From: Azolla caroliniana
Lineage: Eukaryota > Plantae > Polypodiophyta
NCBI GenBank assembly: GCA_043228905.1
Contig: JBHGNT010000010.1
Span: 11,160,001-11,224,000 of the forward strand
DNA: 64,000 nucleotides
Direction of reading: 5' to 3'
Shown here: positions 22,376-33,628 of the stretch, piece by piece
How positions within the stretch are numbered: the stretch's first letter is position 1
Layout: each line of letters begins with the position of its first letter
Program-made: the position numbers and the translations under genes
The notes under the pieces: generated by a model
Database searches by the model: none
Seen by the model: the letters and a program-made list of their open reading frames with translations, nothing else
Told to the model about the DNA's origin: nothing

Positions 22376-22765
22376 ATGTAACAGTTCACGCTAGGAGCGT
22401 AACGGACTAAAAGCCCTATGTATATAAAGGGCCGAAATCCTCTATAAAGGTCTAGCGGGTTTTTGGGAGCTACCTTTTGTAATACAATACTATCTTCTCT
22501 GATTCCCGTGTTTGTGTAAGTCGTCTACTGGTTCGGTGTAGTACTCGGTTGGTAACTGTGGGCTAGTAAGCATAGGGTAAGTGTGTATATGAGATCACGC
22601 CCTAGTGAGCTTCGCTTGTAGACATCTCCCTTCATGTCCAGATGATACGCTTTGCTTTCTAAGCTTGTTGCGCTTCGTGCACCTACGGATCTATTCCTTG
22701 CACCGCAATCACCTTGAAATCTACCTCGAAGGACTAAGAGTAGACAATGTTCCTAATCGGTTTCA
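22376..22765 (+). repeat. Right terminal direct repeat
   Basis: ATGTAACAGTTCA...TTCCTAATCGGTTTCA; direct repeat of 11085-11472. Confidence 0.9.
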
Positions 22766-23170
22766 CCATTATTGGAAGAGGAAAAGAAGTGACGCCAAGC
22801 AAATCGATTATGTCTTTATCGTAGTGGACCGGTGCATATTGCAGTGAATTGTCCGCATAGGCCAAGAAGACAAGTAAATCAAATAGCCGCTAGTACTAAT
22901 AGTACTAATTTACCCGAGTCTATTTCATTAGGAGTGTCAGATAGGCCTAAAAGCCCAAGCCTATTAAATAAATTTGAAGTTCTTAGTCAATTAGAAGAAG
23001 AGTTAAACGACTAAGTATAGCCAAAATAGGAGCCATTTAGTTGGACAGTCCTAGATCTATGCAGCCCATTAGTGGTTCCATTCCCTCTACGCAAGTTAGC
23101 AATGTCTTTCTAGCTCAAGTAGCAATTAGAACTAAAAGTAATCCTCTAGTACATGTCTTAGCACTCCAAG
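22766..23170 (+). pseudogene. Tcn1-like gag 3' end and start of protease
   Basis: PLLEEEKK*RQANRLCLY..HIAVNCPHRPRRQVNQ...EEELND*; then HVLAL, truncated. Confidence 0.88.
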
Positions 23171-23171
23171 A

Positions 23172-26100
23172 TTTACGCGGTCAATTTCACCGAAGTCGGC
23201 GCCAATGAGGACCAAATCATCAACATATAGTAAAATACTGACCGGACTGAGTCGACCTTTCCGAATGAACAGGGAAGAGTCCGATTTTGACGTTGCAAAG
23301 CCCATCCGACGCAATCGTTGCGTGATCTTCGCGTTCCAGGCACGCGGGGCTTGCTTTAGTCTGTAAAGGGACTTCTTCAATCGGCACACTGCCAACGTAT
23401 TCGTTCCGAAGTGAAATCCGGGGGGTTGTACCATGTACACTTGTTCCTCAAGCTCACCTTGCAGGAACACATTCTTTACATCCATCTGATGTAAGTGCCA
23501 CCCCTTTGCCGCAGCTACCGCGAGCAAAACATCTTCACGACCGGCACAAACGTCTCATTGTAGTCGATGCCATGTTTCTGCATGTAGCCTTTTGTCACTA
23601 ACCGGGCCTTGTATCGGTTGACCGAGCCGTTGGTGTTGTACTTGACCTTGTACACCCACCTACATCCGATCGGCTTCACACCCTTCAGTGCATCAACCAG
23701 GTCCCAGGTCTCGTTTTCCGCCAATGCGTGCATCTCTTCCTCCATGGCGGCGCACCAATTCACGTCCTTAGCCGCTTCTGCGTAGCTCTCCGGCTCACGC
23801 ACTTCCGCTACACTGGTCATGTATGCATAATGATGCGCCATGTACTCATTGTATCTGAACCGCACAACTGCGTTCTTTTGGCAGGTAGATCGGCGTAATC
23901 GGTCATTAGCCGATGTCAAGGTCTTCTCGGACGACGCGGACTTCGCTCTTGAAGACCCATCACCGCTTCCCTTGGAGTCTGACTCGCGTCGATCTGACTC
24001 GTTCCTATCTGTGTCGTAATCCAACACCTTCTTCTTCCCTTTTTCTTTGCGTGTAAGCCATCTCCTCGCCTTCCTGCACGGGGAATGCACAGCCGAGTCT
24101 CCACTACTCGCTGGCTCTTCATCGGACTGGTCAAACCGACCCAGTCATCCATTCAATCCGCTTAACCGAAACGAAATCGGCCCAATTTCAAGCTCATTCG
24201 GAGGCATCTCGGCCTCACTGACTTCGCCATCAGAACTTGTATTGGAGATGAGGTCCGGAGTCGGGGGCAAGTACTAGGACGCGGACTCATCAAACACAAC
24301 GTCACGGCTCACGCGCGCTTGTTTGGTGTGAGGGTTATAACACTTATAACCCTTCTGCTCGTCTGAATAGCCAACTAAGATACATTTCTCGGCCTTTGCA
24401 TCCAGCTTCCTCCATTTCTCCTTCGGCACATGCACATACGCAATGCTACCGAAAACTCGTAAGTGTCGCAAGTTCGGCTTCATTCCGAAATATAACTCGT
24501 GCACCGACACTTTGTCTCCGATCCGATTCTGGATGTATACCGCAGTTCATACCGCCTCGGCCCAATAGAACTTGGGCAAGCTCTTTTCTTCTAGCATTGC
24601 CCATGCCACATCCACAACCAACTGATTTTTCCCCTCGGGCACGCCGTTTTGCTCAGGCATGTATCTACAACTGAATTCGCGCCGAATTCCCATATGTTGT
24701 AGATAACCGTTAAATTGACTGGAAAAGTATTCTTTTCCGCCATCCGACCACAGGCACTTGATCTTTCTTCCTGTTTCCGTTTCCACGAACCCTTTGAGGT
24801 CCCGAAAACAATCGAAGACTTCGCTCTTCCTCTCAATGAGGTAGATCCACGTGTGCCACGTGTAGTCGTCGATGAAGGAGACGAAATATTGGCTCCCGCC
24901 AAGACTAACGTTTTGTGCCGGCTCCCACACATTGGAGTGTATCAAGTCGAGCTTGTTCCGGCTCCGGTTACGCTCGTTGGGGAAGGGAAGTCAGTGTTGC
25001 TTCCCAAGCTGGCAGGCTTCACAAATTTGTGCCTTCCAACCACTAAATTTGGGCAATCCGAACACCACTTGTTTCGATTGAAGGTCTTGAAGCCACTGGT
25101 AGTTCACGTGGCCTATCCTCTTGTGCCATAAGTCGATGTCCGACTCGACTTTTTGTCCTTCGTGAACATTGCGGTGCCACCGTCAGTAGAGTCGAGGATG
25201 AACATCCTCCCATCTCTGCGCCCTTGCGCAATAACACGGCTTTCTTCCTCAATGAAGCACCCGAGGTGTGTAAACCTGACCTCCATCCCTTGGTCGACGA
25301 TCTGTCCGACAGACACCAAGTTCTTTGTGATTGTCGGAACGTGTAGCACGTTCATGAGTTTCCCTTTTTGCCCGACATGGCTCAGAGGAACTTCTCCGAC
25401 ATTCGCGATCAAATGCAGAGTGTCGTCTCCGGTTGCGACTACTCCCGGTTGCATTAGTTTCTCAAGGTATGAGAAGCACTCCTCGTGGCACGTCATGTGG
25501 TTTGATGCGCCGAAGTCAACGTACCACACCTCCTCCGACTTCGGGGTGATCTTCTTCACTGAGTTTGCTTAGTGTCTCATCACGAAGACTGGCCCTTTTC
25601 TGGGTTTTCCGGATCCTTCGGCGTAGTGCGATCGCTGTCGGTTTCCTTTGTCGGTATGTCCGGAACCGGTCCTCTCCGACTCGGCGCACTTTCTCCAGCA
25701 CTCGCTCTCCCTATGGCCTTTCTTGCCACAGTACCAGCATTCCGCGGCGGATTTCCCTTGCCAGTTCTCATCACCTTGACTCCCCCTGTTCCCGGAGGGT
25801 CCGAAGTTGCTATCGGCATCACTTCGGTGCCTTCTTCCTTGATCCTGTCGGCCACCTCCATTGCCCACCGACTCTCCTCGTCCTCCATGTCCACGGGGCC
25901 TATCTCCCTCCATGTACAACTTCTTATTGTCAGTGTGCGTGCTCGTTGACGCACCCGCGTGGTTCTCCTCTATAAGGAGCATCGACTGTAAGTCGAAAAA
26001 CAACGGCGTATTCTCCTATGTACACACTGCAGTTCGGAACGCTCCGAACTTTGACACCAAACCCCCGAGACAGACCTGGACCATCTCGCTTTCCTCGATG

Positions 26101-27047
26101 TTCACATCGATGGAAGCTAAGGAGTCGCAGATGTCCTTGATCTTCGAGGTATAGTCAGCCACCGACAAATCGCGTTGTCGTAGGTTGCTCAACTCCTATC
26201 GGAGTTGAAGCTTCCTGGCTGTGGTGCTCGCGGCAAAGATCTTCTTCAGATTTTCCCACGCACCCTTTGGCGTTTTTGCGTCCCGAACGTAGCTTAATAG
26301 TTGTTCGCCCACACAAGACGCGAAGCAATACAGTACTCTGCTCGCCGACTGTTCCCAAGTCGGGAAGTCTTTGTGTGTCAACTCGGGTGCTGTGTCATTT
26401 GCTCCGTCGACATAGCTCCAGTAACCGTGTCCGAGCAGGTATTGGTGCATCTTGTAAGACCAAGATAGGTAGTTGTTTCTATCGAGCTTCTCCGTCGAAA
26501 GCGAGCTAGCCATGCCTCTATCCATCGGTTTTACCTGTTCTTCTTGGTTGGTTTTTCTTTCAAGCTACATCGGCTGTAGAGGCTCTCAACCCTCGCACTC
26601 TGATACCATGTAAAAGATTATGTGCGGAAGCAATAGAAAACCAAACACACAGAAAATACGCAGGTTTAACGGAGAGCTTGAGTATACACAATACGCGGGA
26701 GAGACAGAGAGAGAACACACAAAAAACTCAATTCAAAAAATACTAACTCTTTGTATCTACATCGTGCTTAGTGAGCACCTTTTATACAAGCCCTGACAAT
26801 GGGCTGACACAAGTACTGACAGTACTTGACTGCTCATAAATGAGCCTCGACACTTACTCCCAAAACTATTCCTTATGAGGAATATCTCTCTAACGGCCTT
26901 TCGGTTTACGCACCGATACGGCCTCTCGTTACGCATCAGTTTGCGTATTCGTTTTACGCACCGGTCCGGCCTAACTGATCGGTCCCAACCGATTTGGTCC
27001 TCGGCTTGTTCAACCGATCAGGCCGATGTTGAGCTTGTCTCTCAACA
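23172..27047 (-). mobile_element. Ty1/copia B1, 3'-truncated
   Basis: 5' LTR 26609-27047; tRNA-iMet PBS (rc TGGTATCAGAG) ending at 26608; gag MDRGMASSL..., PR, INT, and RT up to LYVDD. Confidence 0.93.
26609..27047 (-). repeat. 5' LTR of copia B1
   Basis: Reverse complement is TGTTGAGAGACAAGCTCAAC...TTTTACA. Confidence 0.9.
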
Positions 27048-27844
27048 ATTACAAGATCTAGAAAAAACTAAAAACAAAGTTTTTTGTATTTAGATCGTTG
27101 TTTGTAATTGATTACCATATGAGCAAGTTTTTTATTAACTATTTCTTGACACTATTTTGGTTTACTTATCCTGAATTTGAACTTGATACTATTGGAGTAC
27201 TCATCTAGTGACTAATTTAGTACCAACTTGATATGCAATGTACTAACTTTGATACATATATTTGTAAGAATGTGAATTTGATACTAGTTGAGGTCTCATC
27301 TTAGTAAGAATGACACTTGTTATGCACACATATGACATTGATGCTTGTTATGGACACATATGACACTCTTGTCTTGGATATGTCTAGGTTAGTAAACACT
27401 TAGCACAGTATTAGTACTATATTTTAATGCATTGTACTGACTTTCAAACATATGAACTCTAAAAGAGTTATAGGCATAACATGGTATGTATATTTGAACG
27501 AACCATTGTATTAGTACTAGCAATTAACATGTTCAATTTGTTCCCTCATCTAGTCAACCACACCCTCATGAGTGTACCACACACTAGAAATATGTGTGGA
27601 ATGAACACTCCTATCTTAGATATCTCTAGGTTAGGAAACACTTAACACATTTTTAGTACTAACCAAAGATATTTTTCACCATAAATTGTATGTAAAAGAT
27701 ACATACATATCTAAACAAAACACCGAGATTAAGAGCTTTGTCATTGCAAACTCATCAGAAAACCAAAGATGATATATTTCCATTCATTTGTAGGCTAGAG
27801 TTTACAAGACATGCAAATGTTACATATGAACATTGCTTGCCATT

Positions 27845-28568
27845 CTAAGAATTAAAGAGGGAGACCTCCCCCAATATGTGTTCGTGAACCTCTTTGGGGA
27901 CCTTGTAGGCAGTGTTGTATCCCTTAACCTTGTGCTTTGCTTGACTCATAGTGAACTTGATTGCGATGACAACGTCAGCATAGATTATTGTAGTGGGTGC
28001 ATCTTTTAATAATGCATACGTGCTCTTGCATTGTGGTAACTTTGCATAGTAGTTGCCATACACGACACACTCACCAACGTTGAACATGTTGCCCCAACCG
28101 TCCCTCACAACTTCTTCCAATATTGTATTTCCTTGCTTGCACACCACAATGTAGTAGTCTTCAAAATCTTCATTTTGAGATTTGAGTGCTGCAAAATGAT
28201 TTCCAACTTCCAATAATACTGCCAATTCCTCACATTGGTTGTAGTATACAATATTTTCTGCATGTTCGTCTTCCTGGATATCCACACATTGTTCAATCTC
28301 AAGCTTTTGTAGCTTCCATGGCTCCACAATTGATAGATTGGTGCATTCATCCCAAGCTTCATCTAAACACATGGAACAAAAGCACGATAAACTACAGAAT
28401 AACAATTGTGTTGTGTCCCTACGACTAAACCCTAAAACACAATGGGTCTTGCGCGTCCCTTTTCACAGTTTTACAATTATACGATTTACTCCTATCCACC
28501 TCATTAGCACCAACTTCAATAAACAATCTATTCTTACCATCATCTGACATCTTCCATATCAGCCACTC
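27845..28568 (-). pseudogene. Sola2-like transposase, C-terminal exon
   Basis: CKTVK(G)TRKTHCV...LSCFCSMCL..W..C.N...VEPW Cys-rich C-terminus; one frameshift. Confidence 0.6.
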
Positions 28569-28576
28569 CAGTACGC

Positions 28577-28620
<44 letters not shown>

Positions 28621-30682
28621 ACACAAAACTCAATTCAAAAATAATACTCAGTCTGTACATCGTATGTGTTTAGTGAACACTTTTATACAAGTCCATACGA
28701 ACTGACAGAAGTACGGTGTACTTCAATGCTCACACAAGCATCTAACACTAACTATCAGACATTAACTTCCTAGTAGTCTAGGCTCCTACTAGGCTTTCGA
28801 TTACTGATGGATCCGCCTAAACAGCTCACCGGCTCACTTGCTCACCGGTTCACCGATCCGGCTCATCCTTCTGAATGTCGATCCAACTCGGGCTTATTCA
28901 GCCGATCCGGATCCGGTTGAGCTTGCCGCTCAACACTCCCCCTCAAGCTCAACTTGAGGTTGGATCATAGTGTCAGTCTCCATGGCAGCTAGTCCTTCCA
29001 CCCAGCTCCTTCTGGCATCACTCCGCCCTAAACCCTAAACCGGTCACGTTTCTACGCACCTCGACCTCCTCGGTCGGCTTGTCTGTTCAAGAGGCCCAAT
29101 TCAGTTCCCTCGCTGTTGTGACTTCGGTGCTTGCCGATTCGCTGATTCCTTCATGTTGGTGTCGACTTTCACTGCCTTCTCGTCCCCTTGGCCTTGAATT
29201 GATCCGGTTCTTCCAAATAAGTCTATTGACCCGAATCGGTTGTCTCCGATTCGTTCCAACTCTTGTCTGAATCGGTCGCTCCCAATTCGTTTTTCGGTTC
29301 CAGGCCCTTCACCACATCGGACCAAGTCCGGGTCTTGGCCTTCTTCTTCCGATCGGCTCTGTCCTTCTTGACTCTACCGTTGTTGCCGCTTGTTCCGACT
29401 TGTTCGGATGTGTCAACTTCCTTTGTCGACTCGGATCCTTTCTTCTTCTTGTCTCTCCCTTTGTCAGTTCTTCCCTTACCGGCGCAATCGACAGTCTCTT
29501 TGCCTTTGCCCATTCCGGTGTCTTTGCCTTTGCCCGTTCTAGTGTCTTTGCCAGTTCTCCCCCTCAAGTGTGGCATGTCGAGATGCTGAACACCAAGCAT
29601 TTCGGTAAAGTGTTGCAACTTGTCCGATCCGAGCGGTTTTGTGAAGATGTCAGCAACTTGCCGATCCGTATGAACATACCAAAGTTCGACTTCACCGCTC
29701 AAGACACACTCACACACAAAGTGGTAGTGCACTTCTATGTGCTTTGTGTGATCATGGAATACGGGGTTCTTGGCGAGTTGCATGCTACTTATGTTGTCAA
29801 AGTAGAGCAGGATTGGGGTCGGCACCTTGATCCGCAAGTCTTGCAGCAGTCGCCGAAGCCAAATGGCTTCACATGTGGCAACGGTAGCGCCCCGGTATTC
29901 AGCCTCAGTGCTCGAAAGAGCCATTGTTGGCTGCTTTTTGTTGCTCCACGCAACAACTGCGCTACCAAGGGAAAACATATAGCCAGAGGTGGATCGGCGA
30001 TCCGATGCATCACTGGCCCAGTCGGCATCGGTGTAGCCGACTAGCTCTTCGATTATACCATGCCCGTATAACAGTCCCCGGTCCTTCGTGCCGCTTACAT
30101 ATCGCAAAATTCGATGCGCGCACAGAAGGTGCTACACGGTCAGCATCTGCATATATTGGCTAATCACGCCGACCGGATAACTGATGTCGGGTCGGGTGAT
30201 TGTCAAATATATAAGGCTTCCAACAATTGGTCGGAACCGCTTCTCATCACAGGCCGGTCCGGAGTCAGAACGGAGCTTCTGGTTCCAGTCCAGGGGTGTG
30301 GAGATCGGGCGGCATTCCGTCATGCCGAACTTGTACATCATATTCAACACATAGTGTCTTTGTGAGAGAAATATGCCGTCGGGGGTTCGGATCACCTCGA
30401 TCCCAAGGAAATAGTGAAGGTCCCCCAGGTCCTTCATCTCAAATGTGTCCGACAGTTGCGACTTGACTCGGCTGATTTCATCGAGTCCGAGTCCGGTGAT
30501 GACTAGATCATCAACATACAACAAGATGCAAACCAAACCATCCGGACCTTGCCAGATGAACAACCAAGAATCGGACTTGGAGGCGCAAACCCCATCTTAT
30601 GCAATCAGTGCGTGATCTTGGCATTCCAAGCTCGGGGGGCTTGCTTCAGGCCATAAAGTGACTTCTTCAGCTGGCATACCGC

Positions 30683-31415
30683 TGCCGTAGTGTATTCCAC
30701 ACACTACGTAAAAACCATAAAATAATATATCCGATTTTAGATACATATAAATAAATAAAATAATATATCAAAACATTTATCACGTGCATAGGGCAAGACT
30801 TGAACCCTACACCTCCACATAGATAAATCCCAACTTTACTATTGTAATAACTTATCTTTAGTGTTATATATATAGATTTAATACATATAAGACCTTTATT
30901 TACACATACCTTTATTAAAAGGTAAAAATCATGTATTCTTTAGGGTGTGAATATTTTATTTACACGTGACATTAAAAGTGACTCATGCACATCTAGCGTG
31001 CATGAGCCCCTATATTTAGGAAATGACAAAGCATCACATGCACATTTAGTGTGCATGGACACTTTAGGTGAAAAAGCATGAAGTCATGCTTAGCCTCTTC
31101 CATCTTTATATAAGGAGGAGAGAAATATGTATAAGGTTGTTGATTAATATACAAGGTTTGATCAATCTAATATATTCGTGGGATTCACAAATTTTGCCAT
31201 CTAAATTACTCTTATAATCTAAATATTGTTTTAAATACACTAAACTCCTAGTCTTACTTCTCTTTCCACTAAACTCCTAGTTTTAAATATTGCTATCTTA
31301 CTTCTCTTTGCACTATTCATAACTAGCCTTAAGTTGTATTCCTCTTCCTCCTAGTCAAAAACCTCGGCGGTTCCCACCCGACTCACGCAACGATCCGGAG
31401 CCGAAAGGCCCGACA
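30683..31415 (+). mobile_element. Solo LTR (gypsy, TGTCG..CGACA type)
   Basis: TGCCGTAG...CCGACA; TSD ccgc/ctgc; host RT contiguous; homologous to 32838-33628. Confidence 0.85.
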
Positions 31416-31613
31416 CTGCCGACTTGTTTATCCCCGATTGGAAACCGGGAGGTTGGGTAATAAAGACCTCTTCTTCAAGATCTCCTTGAAGAAATGTATT
31501 CTTCACTTCCATCTAGTGAAGGTACCACCCTCTTGCCGCAGCAACTGCCAATACCACACGAACCGTCATCGTCTTTGCTACCGGAGTGAAGGTCTCGTCA
31601 TAGTCGATTCCGT

Positions 31614-32823
31614 TATCATGTGGTTTTTCACACACGATATGAAAACTAGTAAACAATTATTTAAGATTAGCTTAATGTATTCATATAGATAGATGTCTTC
31701 AAGAGCTTCATAGCGTATTTTACTACGCATGAAACGGATAAACAAGTATCAAGTTATGTGAGTGTGAAGTTTGAAAAAAAAAAAAAAAAAGACAAAACTG
31801 TGAGATATCCCACAAAGATAGGACAACATTGGAACCCAGGATATATAAGGGAAACCAAAACATATTCATTCTATCAATGTATGGAGCACAGAATGTTCAA
31901 GGTGACTTAGGCTACACTATGTGGTCTGCACGCTTCGAGCATACGCGTGTATGCATGGCCGTATCGACGCTTTGGGCGTACGCGCGTGTGCACGGCCGTG
32001 TGGATGTTTTCAAATGTACGCGCATGTACATGTTTCGGGCATACGCGTGCAAGGCCGCGTGGACGTTTCGGACGAACGCGTGTGTGCGGACGAGTGCGCA
32101 GATGCGTACATAGCGTGGTCGGGATGCGCGCATGCATGGATACGTACACTGCGCGGTCGGGACTTTTCCATGCAGACGCATCTACGGTTTGGTTGTGACG
32201 CACGTACGAGTTGTGCACGGGCTAAACTTTATGGATGATTGGGTCATTTGGCCGAATTGTACGGACGGTCGCATGCAACTAAAAGCCAAGGCCATGCAAC
32301 TAAAAGTAAAAGGCATGCAACTAAAAATGGAAGCATGCAACTAAAAGTAGAGGCCATGCAACTAAAAGTGGACATGCAAAGTAACATTGGGAAGGAGGAT
32401 CAACAAAGAGCTCGATATATGTTCCATTTTTTCCCTCTACTTCTTTTTTCCCTTCTTCATTTCTCTCCCATTCCTTGGGGGAACAAATTATCTCTTAGAT
32501 TGATATCAAACTCTTGGCTTGGCTTGCTTAATCTTTCTTGTCAAAAATTATCTCTCATATTCATATTGGACCACTCCTTACATGGCTGTTGGCTCCTTTC
32601 TTTAAAAAAATTTATCTCTCATTTTCATCTCCAACCCGTTGTAACAAGATTCTTGAATTATAAAAGAATCTATTTTCTTATGCTATAAACGAATGTTTTC
32701 TCTCATTTACTCGTCTTATATGTGAATTTTGCTTGTGTTGTACGTGTTGCACTAAATCCTTCTAGTCTAGAACCCCGGCGGTTCCGCCTCGCGATCCGCA
32801 CATAGTGACGGGTTTTCACGACA
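31614..32823 (+). mobile_element. Solo LTR-like element, 1.21 kb
   Basis: TATCATG (decayed TGTCGTG)...CACGACA; perfect TSD ccgt; shares the 3' motif AACCCCGGCGGTTCC with its neighbours. Confidence 0.8.
32272..32378 (+). repeat. ~21-bp tandem repeat x5 (CATGCAACTAAAAG...)
   Basis: Direct reading. Confidence 0.9.
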
Positions 32824-32837
32824 CCGTGGGTCTGCGT

Positions 32838-33628
32838 TGTTGTAGTGTATTTCGTACACTACGTGAAAAAGTAAAAATAATATAACCGATTTAATTACAT
32901 ATAAATAAATAAAATAAGACTATCAAAATATTTATCACGTGCATAAGGTAAGATTTGAACCTTGTACCTCCACGTAGCCAAACCTCAACTTTACCATTAT
33001 GCTACCTTATCTTTAGTATCCTACAAATAGATTTAATAACTATAATTGCTTTATTTGCGCCTACCTTTATTAAAAGGTAAATCATGCATTTTTAGAGTGC
33101 GTGAATATTTTATAGAAATACGCAAGCAACTAAAAAGTGACTCATGCACATCTAGCGTGCATGAGCACTATATTTAGCAAATAAAAGCAAGGATTAGAAA
33201 AGCATCACATGCACATTTAGTGTGCATGAACATATTAGAAAAAAAAGCATGTAGCTATGCTTAGTCTCTCCCATCACTACATAAGGATGGGGAGCACAAT
33301 GTAATAGGTGTGTGAAATATTTGGAAATTGGATATATTTCCGAAAACACCAACCGATTAATATAATCGTGGGATTCACGAAAATAATATAATCTATACTT
33401 GTGGGATTCACAAGTTTCTTATATCTTTCTTTCAATCTAAATACATATTCTTATCTAAATATTGATTAATCGAATACAATACACTCGTGGGATTCACGAA
33501 ATTTTTATCTCTCTTTCTAATAATCTATTCATTACTAGCCTCATCTCATATTCTTCTTTCTCCTAGTCCAAAACCCCAGTGGTTCCCACCCGACTCACGT
33601 AAACGATCCGCAGCCGAAAGGCACGACA
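32838..33628 (+). mobile_element. Solo LTR (gypsy, TGTCG..CGACA type)
   Basis: TGTTGTAG...CACGACA; perfect TSD gcgt; gtgggattcac occurs three times. Confidence 0.87.

Larger units (their letters stand above)
11085..22765 (+). mobile_element. Unclassified direct-repeat (LTR-like) element, no TSD; interior largely replaced by nested insertions
   Basis: About 388-bp direct repeats at 11085-11472 and 22376-22761(+ttca); tRNA-Arg-like PBS at 11481; host gag codons are contiguous across the element. Confidence 0.75.

Noticed and set aside
31829-32688. Several overlapping ORFs
   Set aside because: Low-complexity CG/CA repeats lacking stops inside a solo LTR.
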